64,000 nucleotides of DNA, taken from contig DASTMV010000054.1 of NCBI GenBank assembly GCA_035713885.1, forward strand, positions 2,236-66,235, read 5' to 3'. Shown one piece after another: positions 1 through 9,398 of this stretch. The notes below the pieces were generated by a model. That model did not search any database, was not told where the DNA came from, and worked only from the letters and a program-made list of their open reading frames with translations. Position 1 is the stretch's first letter, and each line of letters opens with the position of its first letter. Origin of the DNA: Candidatus Udaeobacter sp. (GTDB taxonomy: Bacteria > Verrucomicrobiota > Verrucomicrobiia > Chthoniobacterales > UBA10450). The translations under genes and the position numbers were made by a program.

Positions 1-12
1 AGGCCTGTAGGG

Positions 13-828
13 CTATACTCCCACTTTCTTCCGCTGGGGCATAAACATCGTGAGGCATTTGCAGGCACCGCCCGCTTTAATGAATTCGCTCATTGGTAAC
101 GCATGAGAACGATAACCACGGTCCTGCAGCTTGCTCGCGAGGTGTGGCGCGCCTTCGGGCAAAACGATGTCGCTGTCGATCACCACAGCGTTACACGAGA
201 AATGCATTGCCTCTTCCGGCGCGACATCGATCAAATCGGTCACATGCTCCCGTATGGCGCGTTGACCGTATTCGTCGAACGCATCCGGGAACCAAAATGC
301 ACCGCCATCCGGCAGAGGGCAAAAACAGGTATCAAGGTGATAAAAACGCGGATTCACCAACTCCACGGAGACTACGAGACAGCCAAGCATTTCCGCTATG
401 GCACGGTGTGATTGAATGTCTGAACGAAATTTGTAGCCGCAAAAGAGCACCTCACCGGCGCCAAAGAGAGCGTCGCCTTCACCTTCGAAATAAAGCTGTT
501 CCGGCAGCCAATCCACTTCATAGCAGTGTTGCTGCATCCATTTAACGAAGAATGGCTGCTCACCGGCGCGCTCTTTATGGCGGAAATTACTGGGAATGAA
601 TCGGCGACCGACCGTCAGTCCGGCGTTGGCTGTAAAAACCATGTCGGGAAGCCGCGGCTGCGGCGTGATCAGATGAACTTTGCAATTCAATTTTGAAAGC
701 GTGGCGTGCAGTTGTTTCCATTGCTCTTTCACGATCGCCGCTTCGGCACCGTGGGCGACACTCATCCACGGATTAATCTCGTACTCGATCCCATAGTAAT
801 CCGGAGGACAAAGAAGCAACTCGCGCAT
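13..828 (-). CDS. Amidinotransferase-fold guanidino-group modifying enzyme (arginine dihydrolase / DDAH-like)
   Basis: ORF 13..981 trimmed to ATG at 826-828 (MRELLLCPPDYYGIEYEINPWM). C-terminal catalytic-Cys motif KAGGACKCLT is typical of the amidinotransferase/ADI/DDAH superfamily. Start lies 14 nt after the upstream LOR/SDH-like gene. Confidence 0.75.
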   Translation of the reverse strand: MRELLLCPPDYYGIEYEINPWMSVAHGAEAAIVKEQWKQLHATLSKLNCKVHLITPQPRLPDMVFTANAGLTVGRRFIPSNFRHKERAGEQPFFVKWMQQHCYEVDWLPEQLYFEGEGDALFGAGEVLFCGYKFRSDIQSHRAIAEMLGCLVVSVELVNPRFYHLDTCFCPLPDGGAFWFPDAFDEYGQRAIREHVTDLIDVAPEEAMHFSCNAVVIDSDIVLPEGAPHLASKLQDRGYRSHALPMSEFIKAGGACKCLTMFMPQRKKVGV

Positions 829-842
829 GGCAAAGAGAAAAT

Positions 843-2072
843 CTAGTGGCTGATCTTGGAATCGCTGAGGCAATCGGCGAGTTCCCGCAGAAACGGCTCC
901 ACGTCTGTAACGAGACCTATGGATTGTAACGGCTGCCGCTCGACCGCTCGTTCTACGGCTGGCGGATTGATATCGACGCAAACGGTTTTCACGTTGTTAG
1001 CGAGGAACGCCCCTATCGCAAGCGAGTAACGAAGCGTCGCTAACAACAACACATGGGTCACGTCACGGAGCTTGTCTCTCAGGATTTTTTCGCATTCGAT
1101 AATGTCAGTGGTTACGCCTGGGATCGGCCCCTCATCACCGATGGCTCCGATCAATACAATATCGACATCGTGTTCTACACACGCGTGCATGATCCCGCTG
1201 GTCAGGATCTTTTGACGAACAGCGGCAGCAATTCCACCGACTTCCCGAATTGTATTTATGGCACGGATATGATTTTCGTGTCCGCCGCGGGCCATTGCGA
1301 CATCCGGACTCAAGCCCAACGAGGTTCCAAACAAGGCGTGCTCAACGTCGTAAGCGGCGAATGAGTTTCCGGTAAAGAAACGATCGATGCAACCTCCTCC
1401 AATCAATCGAACCAAATGCCTGCCTGCGCCGGTGCGCACAACCGCAGGTCCACCGACCACTGCGACTTTGCCGCCAGCGCCGCGGGCGCGTCGGAGTTCC
1501 TTGGCGATCTCGCGAATAACGGCGAACTTGGGCTCCTCGGCATCGACGATGTTGTTAATGAACTGGAACGGATCCGTATGAGTGATTGCTCGCTGTACAG
1601 GCACGACACGGATTCCTTGATGCCCAATGACAATTTCGTCGCCTTTTTTGACGTCAAAAAACTTAACTGCTCGCGCGCGGCCTTTTTTCCGGTCAACCGC
1701 GATCGCACTATTGATGATCGCCGGCGTCACATCGATCTCTTTGCCGCCGATGCGAACAAACGTTTGCTGATTCGTGGTTACATAGAATTCGGGCGGGAAA
1801 ACGCCGTCGGCTGGAGCCGGGGCCACTTGGGCGTTTGTTCGCTCCAGCACTTCAGCGCCCTGCTGGCGAAGCCGCAGAATCAGCTCGTCTAATGCTTCGC
1901 TTGTTTCGGCGGACACCTCGATTCGGGCAAAGCTTTGGTCCGCGCGTTTTCGACCGATTTGGACTTCAGAAATCTTGAAGTTCCCACTATGCGTCAGAAT
2001 CTGATCGAGCACCTTGGGCAGGATTAGCGAATCGATGATGTGACCACGCAACTCGATCGTCTCCGAAAACAT
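843..2072 (-). CDS. LOR/SDH-domain protein (TIGR00300-like; putative ornithine cyclodeaminase type)
   Basis: MFSETIELRGHIIDSLILPKVLD N-terminus and a Gly-rich Rossmann-like stretch VAVVGGPAVVRTGAG, as in the LOR/SDH conserved-region family. ATG at 2070-2072 preferred over TTG at 2078. Confidence 0.75.
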   Translation of the reverse strand: MFSETIELRGHIIDSLILPKVLDQILTHSGNFKISEVQIGRKRADQSFARIEVSAETSEALDELILRLRQQGAEVLERTNAQVAPAPADGVFPPEFYVTTNQQTFVRIGGKEIDVTPAIINSAIAVDRKKGRARAVKFFDVKKGDEIVIGHQGIRVVPVQRAITHTDPFQFINNIVDAEEPKFAVIREIAKELRRARGAGGKVAVVGGPAVVRTGAGRHLVRLIGGGCIDRFFTGNSFAAYDVEHALFGTSLGLSPDVAMARGGHENHIRAINTIREVGGIAAAVRQKILTSGIMHACVEHDVDIVLIGAIGDEGPIPGVTTDIIECEKILRDKLRDVTHVLLLATLRYSLAIGAFLANNVKTVCVDINPPAVERAVERQPLQSIGLVTDVEPFLRELADCLSDSKISH

Positions 2073-2356
2073 CCGCAAAATTTAGCCAAGGAAGAGCACC
2101 GCGCCAGTGGACTAGACGTTGTCGTCCAGCTTGTGCTGCGAACCGGATTTGATACGTAACCGTTTGACATTAGCGCCAGTTCAACGCGAAAAGATCAACA
2201 TGGAAAAACCAACCGCACGTGGACCTTCTCCGGGGCGCAAGGCCGTCCATGTGCTGGGCCCCAGATTAAATCGCAAACCCAAGCAGCCGCCCCCGTTGCC
2301 GTTGAAGAAAAAAAGACCAGGTCCGGATTACAGAAGCAATTGTTAGAATCGGAGAT

Positions 2357-2575
2357 ATGCACGACGATTTACCAGCTCTCGCGGCCAAGATCAGCGAAGC
2401 ACTTTTAAACCGCTCGGAGTATGTCGTCACGCAACCTGCGGAACTGCGAGTTCTTCGCGAATTGTCCGGAGAAGAGATCTGTGATTTCGCAAGGAGCCGT
2501 GGCTGGGGCGTAATCCGCCGTCTCGGAGGCCGACAAATCGAATTTTATAACGATGCAAGCGTGCGCGGACTGTAG
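2357..2575 (+). CDS. Hypothetical small protein (72 aa)
   Basis: ATG-initiated ORF in an otherwise empty intergenic stretch with protein-like composition. No family recognised. Confidence 0.3.
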   Translation: MHDDLPALAAKISEALLNRSEYVVTQPAELRVLRELSGEEICDFARSRGWGVIRRLGGRQIEFYNDASVRGL

Positions 2576-2692
2576 CCGGCATCAGTTATCTCATACGCCC
2601 ATCATAGGTAAATCTAGACAGGGCGTCTCACCGTCCTACAGCAATGCTGGACAGCGGCGCTCACTTGGCTTACGAATGCTGGCCCCGTCCAC

Positions 2693-3010
2693 ATGGAAGC
2701 CGCGAAGATTTATTTCATTGTCTTTGGTGTTCTGACGATTGCGGGTGGCATTATCGGCTATGTCAAGGCGGGCAGTGTGCCGTCGATCATTGCCGGCTCA
2801 ATCACCGGCATTTTGCTGCTCGTAGCGGCATTTGTTATGCCTGAACACCGCGTTGCCGGGTTAGCGACTGCGCTGATCGTTTCGCTTTTGCTGGCGGCAT
2901 ATTTTGTCCGCAAATATTTGAGCACAGGCGCAATCATGCCAGCCGGCATGATGTCGGTACTGAGCATAATCGGAGTTATCGCAGCCATCATTGCCTGGGT
3001 AAAAAGGTAA
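2693..3010 (+). CDS. TMEM14/UPF0136 family small membrane protein
   Basis: Four predicted TM helices. Motif GGIIGYVKAGSVPSIIAGS matches the TMEM14 signature (GG..GY.KAGS.PSL.AG). Confidence 0.75.
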   Translation: MEAAKIYFIVFGVLTIAGGIIGYVKAGSVPSIIAGSITGILLLVAAFVMPEHRVAGLATALIVSLLLAAYFVRKYLSTGAIMPAGMMSVLSIIGVIAAIIAWVKR

Positions 3011-3014
3011 TCGC

Positions 3015-4448
3015 GTGGGAAAAATTCGCCTTCGCACGTGGCGACGTCTGGTGCTGGTTTTGTTCATCGCGCTTTTTGCCGCGATTGTTTATCGATGGAT
3101 CTCGCTGGAGCGACTGCAACGCATCGTCCCAGCGGAAGTATCCGTCACACCGACACCGGAACCAACCGCCACGCGTCCGCCGGTCATCACGGGAAAATTG
3201 GACAGCACAAAACTGTTCAATGGCATCACGCTTCGCTCCACAGTGGAGACAACTCCCGGTACGGATGCCGCAACGGAACGGAACGACCCGGAGAGCTACG
3301 TGCTTGATCTAAGGCTCCTGGCACGTTTGCCTTCACCGAACGAATCCATAGAAGAGCTTGCGAAAGTCAGTCCCCGGTTGCCGATGCTTTTGCCCGGTCT
3401 CTCCTCGATGGCGTCGGCCAGTTCAATTTCGCCGCTCTTTGCGCAGCTTTACGACACAAAAGTTCGAATGCTGCGCGAAAACCTTGGCCGCCTCGATTTG
3501 CTCTTGTCACGGCATAACTTTTTCGATTGCCAAACCGTTCTGCAGCTTCAGCATCCCGAAACCCATCGCAAAGCGCTTCTGTTTCAGGCGGACATGGATG
3601 TGGACGCCGATGGCTCAGATGCCGACCGGCTGCCTGCAGGTACAGGTGCGCCGACGAATTTTAAGCCGGCTACCAGCTATCGTTGGCAAAAGAAAACAGA
3701 CGCAGCCAACCCGTATCTCGGTGCGACCGAAGAGCGGTTGAAGCGCGCCGAAGACGAGTATGCGCTGGCGACCACCACACCGGCTCGGAAACGCGATCTG
3801 CGCAACGCAATCGTCGAATTGCGAGCAGAAGCTGGCACACTGAAAAAATTCAGTTTCCTGATCGGAGCGATCGACCCGTTCATCGTAGTGCCAGGCGCGT
3901 TTACGCATGGCCAGGACGCAGTTAAGCCGGGCGATTATGCACTGGTGGTTTTTGGCGACGCGATTTACCCGGTCATCGTCGGAGATGTCGGGCCCAACGA
4001 TAAAGTCGGTGAAGCGTCGCTGCGAATTGCTAAAGAGCTCAACGCTCTCTCAACCGCTTACAATCGTCCGGTGAGCGATTTGAAGGTAACGTACATCATA
4101 TTTCCAGAAACGGCTGACAAGCCATTTGGTCCGCCTGATTTGGAAAAAATCCGCTCCCGCTGCGAGATGCTCGTCAGAGAAATCGGCGGCGCGAGCGTGC
4201 CGTTGCACGAATGGGTAAATATCATTCCTCCTTCGCCGACTCCCAGCACATCGCCTGCAGCATCAGCATCGCCGAGCGCGACGCCGTCTGCTTCGGTAAT
4301 GGGATCGGCACCGCCTTCTCCTTCACCCGTGGCCACGTTTGCGTTTCGTCTATCCAGTCCGATCGCAACCGGGTCAGATGGTTCGATCCCCGACCGCGAG
4401 CGTTCGCCTGCCGCAACCCGAAAGCCCCGCAGCAAACACAAGCCGTGA
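3015..4448 (+). CDS. Membrane-anchored glycoside hydrolase family 75 (chitosanase-like) domain protein with Pro/Ser/Thr-rich tail
   Basis: N-terminal TM (LVLVLFIALFAAIVY). GH75-like blocks are ADMDVDADGSD (cf. MDIDCDG), DPFIVVPG (cf. HPYVVFG) and VGDVGPNDKVGEASLRIAKEL (cf. GDTNG..TGEASISLA). C-terminal PSPTPSTSPAASASPS low-complexity tail. GTG start. Confidence 0.55.
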   Translation: MGKIRLRTWRRLVLVLFIALFAAIVYRWISLERLQRIVPAEVSVTPTPEPTATRPPVITGKLDSTKLFNGITLRSTVETTPGTDAATERNDPESYVLDLRLLARLPSPNESIEELAKVSPRLPMLLPGLSSMASASSISPLFAQLYDTKVRMLRENLGRLDLLLSRHNFFDCQTVLQLQHPETHRKALLFQADMDVDADGSDADRLPAGTGAPTNFKPATSYRWQKKTDAANPYLGATEERLKRAEDEYALATTTPARKRDLRNAIVELRAEAGTLKKFSFLIGAIDPFIVVPGAFTHGQDAVKPGDYALVVFGDAIYPVIVGDVGPNDKVGEASLRIAKELNALSTAYNRPVSDLKVTYIIFPETADKPFGPPDLEKIRSRCEMLVREIGGASVPLHEWVNIIPPSPTPSTSPAASASPSATPSASVMGSAPPSPSPVATFAFRLSSPIATGSDGSIPDRERSPAATRKPRSKHKP

Positions 4449-4501
4449 ATCCGGGACAGCCGTTTACCTCAGCGCCTGGCTACGACGAGCGCCTGCGGCT
4501 G

Positions 4502-5143
4502 ATGCACATATTGATGGAATATCGCCACAGATCCATTCATTCAGAGCTGCTAAAGATCCGCGACAAATATTCCATGCTCCACCTTGACGCTCTGATTCTG
4601 GTTTATCACTTCGCAAAAGTTTCCTCCGCAGCAATTCTCGAGATTGGAGCGTTTGTTGGCGGGGCAACGATCGCCGCCTCCTTTGGGATTCGCGATTCAG
4701 GCCAAAAAAAGAAACTGATCACAATCGAACCTGGTGGAAGATTGAAACACAAGCGACTCGGCACGCGAAATATTTTGCGCGACTTGGAACGCAATCTGGC
4801 CAGAGAGCATGTGGCGAGTCTCGTGACCTTAATCAAAGGGCAGTCCTTTAAGCCGGAAGCAGTTTCGGCTGTCTATCGGGCGCTCGGTTCGGCTGAAATT
4901 GGTCTGTTGATTCTCGATGCCGATGCAGGCAAGCGAAGAGACATCGATTGCTATCGTGACAAATTAACGAACGGCTGTTGGCTGGTCATAGACGATTATT
5001 ACGGAACCGATTCCAACCAGAAAATTACTCCCACTCGCGCAGATGTGGACGCGTTAGTCGAGGCGGGTTTGCTGGAACCGTTTGGGTTTTATGGCTGGAG
5101 TACCTGGATCGGACGATGGAGAGGATCCGCTGGGTGCTGTTGA
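4502..5143 (+). CDS. Class I SAM-dependent methyltransferase (Methyltransf_24-like)
   Basis: Motif I ILEIGAFVGGAT and acidic LILDAD / VIDDY blocks. ATG at 4502. An alternative GTG at 4445 would overlap the upstream TGA as GTGA. Confidence 0.6.
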   Translation: MHILMEYRHRSIHSELLKIRDKYSMLHLDALILVYHFAKVSSAAILEIGAFVGGATIAASFGIRDSGQKKKLITIEPGGRLKHKRLGTRNILRDLERNLAREHVASLVTLIKGQSFKPEAVSAVYRALGSAEIGLLILDADAGKRRDIDCYRDKLTNGCWLVIDDYYGTDSNQKITPTRADVDALVEAGLLEPFGFYGWSTWIGRWRGSAGCC

Positions 5144-5155
5144 CGATTTTCTGGT

Positions 5156-5533
5156 CTACGTTTCCTCGGGCCCAACAACAAGGTGAATCAGGCTGTTAGG
5201 CGCAGAAACGAAAAAGCCGTTAAAATCTTCCCGCAATTGTTCGACTTCGTCTCGGCGCTCGATGCCGTGAACTTTCAGAAAAGACGCCGCTGCCTCTGTG
5301 TCGTTTGTTTCCAATTCGAGCCAGATGTCGGGATGACTCAGGTTGGGCACACTGTCGATCCAAAGCCGGTTGGGCCCGAATTGAAAAATGCATCCATCCT
5401 TTTCCTCCTCAATCAACGGCAGTCCTAAAGTATCACGATAAAACGCAACCGTTTGCTTGTATGTATGGCTTGGACATTTGATCGCAATGTTCGCACCGCC
5501 TGAAAACTGCGGCCCTTCCAGCTTGGCAACCAC
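5156..5533 (-). CDS. VOC (glyoxalase/bleomycin-resistance) family protein
   Basis: 125 aa with a TVAFYRDTLGLPL N-terminal block typical of the VOC fold. Starts 5 nt after the fumC stop. Confidence 0.65.
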   Translation of the reverse strand: MVAKLEGPQFSGGANIAIKCPSHTYKQTVAFYRDTLGLPLIEEEKDGCIFQFGPNRLWIDSVPNLSHPDIWLELETNDTEAAASFLKVHGIERRDEVEQLREDFNGFFVSAPNSLIHLVVGPEET

Positions 5534-5538
5534 GGGCG

Positions 5539-6951
5539 TTATTCTCTGCCGGTTCGGTCCGGCTCCGTCATCGCGATTGGGTCGAGTACCCGCTCCAGCT
5601 CTTCTTCGGACAGGATCCTTTTCTCACGTGCAATCTGGCGAACTGTCCGGCCGGTTTTCGCGCTTTCCTTGGCGATTTCCGCCGCGCGATCGTAACCAAT
5701 CTTAGGCGAAAGTGATGTGACCATCGCCATCGAAAGCTCCACCAATTCGCGGCAACGTTCCTCATTTGCCACGATACCGCGGACGCATTTTTCGCAGAAA
5801 ATATCGACTGCGTTGGCCAGCAACCGGATTGATTCCAACAAATCGTGCGCCATTATCGGCATCATGACGTTTAGCTCGAAATTCCCATTCGCGCCTGCCC
5901 ACGTGATTGTCGTGTCGTGACCGATCACCTGCGCGCAAACCATCATGAGCGATTCACTCATTACCGGATTCACTTTGCCTGGCATAATCGAGCTACCCGG
6001 CTGCGTGGCAGGCAAACGAATTTCACCGATGCCGCAGCGCGGACCGCTACCGAGCCAGCGAATATCGTTAGCGATTTTGAAGAGAGTTACGGCGATGGTC
6101 TTTAGTTGCCCGCTCGCTTCGACGACCGCGTCCTTGCCGCCCTGAGCTTCGAAATGATTTTTCGCCTCGTGAAAAGCGATCCCGGTCCGCTGCTCGATAT
6201 GCTGTAGCACCTTCTTCGGAAAATCAGTGTGACGATTCAGACCTGTGCCGACTGCGGTGCCGCCCAACGCAACTTCACGCAAAGCTTCAATCGCTTTCTC
6301 TGCGCGTGTCTTCGCGTACGCAGCCTGCTGTGCGTAACCAGAGAATTCCTGACCCAAGCGGACCGGGGTGGCGTCCATCAAATGGGTGCGGCCAATCTTC
6401 ATGACGTGCCAGAATTCCTTCGCCTTTGTTTCGAGCGCGGCATGCAATTTTTCCAGAGCGGGAATCAAGTGGTTCTTCAATTGCTCAGCGGCGCTGATAT
6501 GAATTGCTGAGGGAATGACGTCATTGCTCGACTGTCCCATGTTGACATGATCGTTCGGATGCACCGGGTCATGCGATCCGATCGCTTTGCCTACAAGTTG
6601 AGCGGAACGGTTCGCAATTACTTCGTTTGCGTTGGTGTTGGTGCTGGTGCCCGAACCGGTCTGAAAAATGTCGAGAGGAAAGTGGTCGTCGAGCTTTCCT
6701 TCGGCGACTTCTTCCGCAGCCCGCGCGACCAGGGCCGCGCGCTCCGCATCGAGCAAACCGAGATCCTGGTTTGCCCGCGCGGCTGCCCATTTGATCAGAC
6801 CCAACGCGCGAATGAATGCTCGCGAAAATCGATAACCGCTTACCGGGAAGTTCAGAACCGCGCGATGCGTGGAGGCCCCGTGGAGCGCATCCGCGGGCAC
6901 AGTCATTTCGCCCATCGAATCTTTTTCGATTCGCGTTGGGTTTTCCGTCAT
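5539..6951 (-). CDS. fumC: Class II fumarate hydratase
   Basis: RIEKDSMGEMTVPADALHGA, FQTGSGTSTN, THLMDATPVRLGQEFSGY and the signature GSSIMPGKVNP plus GNFELNV. The PGK and GNFELNV blocks favour fumarase over aspartase. Confidence 0.9.
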   Translation of the reverse strand: MTENPTRIEKDSMGEMTVPADALHGASTHRAVLNFPVSGYRFSRAFIRALGLIKWAAARANQDLGLLDAERAALVARAAEEVAEGKLDDHFPLDIFQTGSGTSTNTNANEVIANRSAQLVGKAIGSHDPVHPNDHVNMGQSSNDVIPSAIHISAAEQLKNHLIPALEKLHAALETKAKEFWHVMKIGRTHLMDATPVRLGQEFSGYAQQAAYAKTRAEKAIEALREVALGGTAVGTGLNRHTDFPKKVLQHIEQRTGIAFHEAKNHFEAQGGKDAVVEASGQLKTIAVTLFKIANDIRWLGSGPRCGIGEIRLPATQPGSSIMPGKVNPVMSESLMMVCAQVIGHDTTITWAGANGNFELNVMMPIMAHDLLESIRLLANAVDIFCEKCVRGIVANEERCRELVELSMAMVTSLSPKIGYDRAAEIAKESAKTGRTVRQIAREKRILSEEELERVLDPIAMTEPDRTGRE

Positions 6952-7691
6952 GCCGAACGTTGTGCGCCAACGCCAGCCAATCGGGAATGGCTTTTCCGCT
7001 GGGCAGAGGTGCGCCGACCAGCCTGCGCTGAAGAAGTCTTGTGAAAAACCGTGATGAACATTGGTGGGATATTCTGGAGGAAATATTCCGATTCGGCGCT
7101 CTGGAAAACTGTGGCGTGCTGCCTCAATTCGTTGGTCACTTGGTAAATGATGAATTCGCCTCCCGGCTTAAGCGCGTCGTAGGTTTTTCGCAGCAGCGCA
7201 CGCTTCTTGTCGATTTTGAGAATGCTGAACGGGATACCGGAGAGTATGTAATCGCACGAGGTGAATCCTAGGCGTTTCAGCTCGTACGGCAACGACGCTG
7301 CATCGCCATGGATCACGTGGACGCGCGGGTCACCAGAAAATTGGCGTTCCAGTGTGCGCGCGAGCGCCGGATCTAATTCAAACAGGAGAAGATGCGAATC
7401 AGGTGTCATACGTCGCGCGATCTCACGCGAGTGCACGCCCTCGCCCGGGCCGTATTCTGCGATCACCCGCGGTTTGGCCAAGTCCATTTTGCTCGCGACC
7501 CGTTCCACCAGTGCCTTCGAACTCGGAACAATCGATGCGATTTGGAAGGGGCGCTTAAGGAAACGCTTGAAAAATAATGTACTCACGGGAGTTGGAATGT
7601 TCGCCTCAGGCTTTCCGGTTGTCCAGTGTCCATCTGATCCCATCACCCGCCGAATCAGCGTTAGACGTGGTCTTGACTCATCATTGATCAC
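6948..7691 (-). CDS. Class I SAM-dependent methyltransferase (COG3963 / phospholipid N-methyltransferase-like)
   Basis: IVPSSKALVERVASKM..VIAEYGPGEGVHSREIA..GIPFS blocks. Its stop overlaps the fumC ATG (ATGA). Confidence 0.65.
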   Translation of the reverse strand: MINDESRPRLTLIRRVMGSDGHWTTGKPEANIPTPVSTLFFKRFLKRPFQIASIVPSSKALVERVASKMDLAKPRVIAEYGPGEGVHSREIARRMTPDSHLLLFELDPALARTLERQFSGDPRVHVIHGDAASLPYELKRLGFTSCDYILSGIPFSILKIDKKRALLRKTYDALKPGGEFIIYQVTNELRQHATVFQSAESEYFLQNIPPMFITVFHKTSSAQAGRRTSAQRKSHSRLAGVGAQRSA

Positions 7692-7711
7692 TGATCAGTT
7701 ATGACTTCCAT

Positions 7712-7786
<75 letters not shown>

Positions 7787-7795
7787 TTTTTTATT

Positions 7796-8371
7796 ATGAC
7801 TGGCACATCCTCAAGTCTTAGCCGGGCGATTACTGATTCCGTCCAAGTGCTGGAATCGTTGAACCATCTTGAGCCGCAAGTGAGCAGGGCTGCGGATTTG
7901 ATCGGCGAATGTTTCCGCACGGGAAACAAGTTGCTGATGTGTGGGAACGGCGGTAGCGCTGCCGATGCCTCTCATTTTGCCACAGAGTTGGTCGTTCGTT
8001 TTACCAAAGACAGACGTGCGCTTCCGGCGATTTGTCTTGCCAGCGATAGCGGAATTCTCACAGCCGGCGGAAACGATTATGGATTCGATAAAATTTTTGA
8101 GCGTCAGGTAGCAGCGTTTGGCCATGAAGGCGATTTGCTCATTTGCTTCACCACTTCTGGCAACTCCAAAAATGTGCTTCTCGCGCTGAAAGAAGCGAAA
8201 GCCCGCAAGTTGAAAACCATCGCGTTCCTTGGGCGCGATGGCGGTTCAACGTTAGGCATCTCAGATATCGATCTGTTGGTCAAAAACAACTCAACAGCAA
8301 GAATCCAGGAAGCACACCAGCTTCTGATTCATGTGCTGTGCGAGATGATCGAAATGCAGATCAGCGACTGA
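7796..8371 (+). CDS. gmhA: D-sedoheptulose-7-phosphate isomerase (SIS domain)
   Basis: CGNGGSAADASHFATEL and TTSGNSKNVL blocks. Collinear with the roughly 190-aa GmhA/DiaA family over its full length. Confidence 0.85.
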   Translation: MTGTSSSLSRAITDSVQVLESLNHLEPQVSRAADLIGECFRTGNKLLMCGNGGSAADASHFATELVVRFTKDRRALPAICLASDSGILTAGGNDYGFDKIFERQVAAFGHEGDLLICFTTSGNSKNVLLALKEAKARKLKTIAFLGRDGGSTLGISDIDLLVKNNSTARIQEAHQLLIHVLCEMIEMQISD

Positions 8372-8419
8372 CGAGGCTTACCCGTGTAGCAGCTCGATCA
8401 CTGCCAAAATCGTCTCAAC

Positions 8420-9337
8420 TCACGACGATTTTTTTAGCAAGCGTTCACGCTCCCGGTTCAACTGTCGCCGCTCACCCGGCGTCAGGCTTCCGATTCCGAA
8501 TTTGGAAATCTTGTCCAGGATTGGATCAATCGAGGGTTGAACATCGTCCGATTCCGCGCGGCCATTGCCAGCACGCGATCGCGGCTTGGGAACGACCTGA
8601 AATTTCGGCTGCGAAGCAAACCGTGCCTTAAACGCGTTCCACCAGGCGAGTTCCGGGCCGGCACCATTAAATTCAACAAAAAGAAACGCGGCGCCAATGC
8701 TCGTCCAGACTACCACCAAATCGCTCCACGCGTGATACGCCAGCAGTTGAAATGTGTAAACAGCCGCAAGAACCAGTGCGACCCATTTGGCTTGAATCCT
8801 CAGCAATAGCTCCAAACGCGGATAGATCGCGGCGAAGGCAACAAAAACGCCAAAGTGCAAGGCTGACGAACCCGCAAGTAAAGATGGCTCCCAGAAACCC
8901 CAGAGTGTTAAGAGCGCCGTCGGTGTAAAGAGTAAGATCGCATAAAGCGCAATGTACGCGCGGCGGCCGAGAAAACGCTCCACCTCTCGCCCGAAGACGA
9001 ACAGTAGATACATCTCGATCGCAAACCACAGCAGCGATGACGGAAAATGCACGAACGCATACGTACCGAGTCGCCATAGCTGCAATCCATTCCAGATACG
9101 TGCGCTATCGAAAACAAAGTATGCGAGTGTTCCAGCGAGACCAGGAATTGCAGTTGCAATACATGCCAGAATGGCGCAGACGACATGCCCGCCCACGAGC
9201 ATCGTGGTTACGTCGACCGGATAGCGCCCCATCCACGCAACCGGCCGATAATCATCGGAGGTGGTGACCCCGAACATAGTTTCAATTAATGCCGCGCCTT
9301 GTTCTTGCGCAAGCATGATTCGTAACGTCGCAGTCAA
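8420..9337 (-). CDS. Rhomboid family intramembrane protease-like protein
   Basis: Multi-TM protein with LWRLGTYAFVHF (cf. WRL.T..F.H) and AGSSALHFGV (cf. GxSG) blocks, plus a soluble basic C-terminal tail. Confidence 0.6.
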   Translation of the reverse strand: MTATLRIMLAQEQGAALIETMFGVTTSDDYRPVAWMGRYPVDVTTMLVGGHVVCAILACIATAIPGLAGTLAYFVFDSARIWNGLQLWRLGTYAFVHFPSSLLWFAIEMYLLFVFGREVERFLGRRAYIALYAILLFTPTALLTLWGFWEPSLLAGSSALHFGVFVAFAAIYPRLELLLRIQAKWVALVLAAVYTFQLLAYHAWSDLVVVWTSIGAAFLFVEFNGAGPELAWWNAFKARFASQPKFQVVPKPRSRAGNGRAESDDVQPSIDPILDKISKFGIGSLTPGERRQLNRERERLLKKSS

Positions 9338-9398
9338 TCGTTCAACGATTCGACGTGGCGAAGCCAGTGTTCGTGGTTAAAGTGGCCAGTTTCGCTCG

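Noticed and set aside
2119-2346. 75-aa ORF rich in Pro/Lys/Arg
   Set aside because: Low-complexity sequence in the promoter region of the LOR/SDH operon. There is no start context. Not reported as a gene.
4211-4444. Upstream extension of the methyltransferase ORF
   Set aside because: It overlaps the GH75-like gene in another frame with an implausible Cys/Arg-rich sequence. The methyltransferase fold starts after 4445/4502.
5539-6951. Aspartate ammonia-lyase instead of fumarase
   Set aside because: The signature reads GSSIMPGKVNP with GNFELNV and QEFSGY, which are fumarase-type. AspA has MPAKVNP and GQLQLNV.
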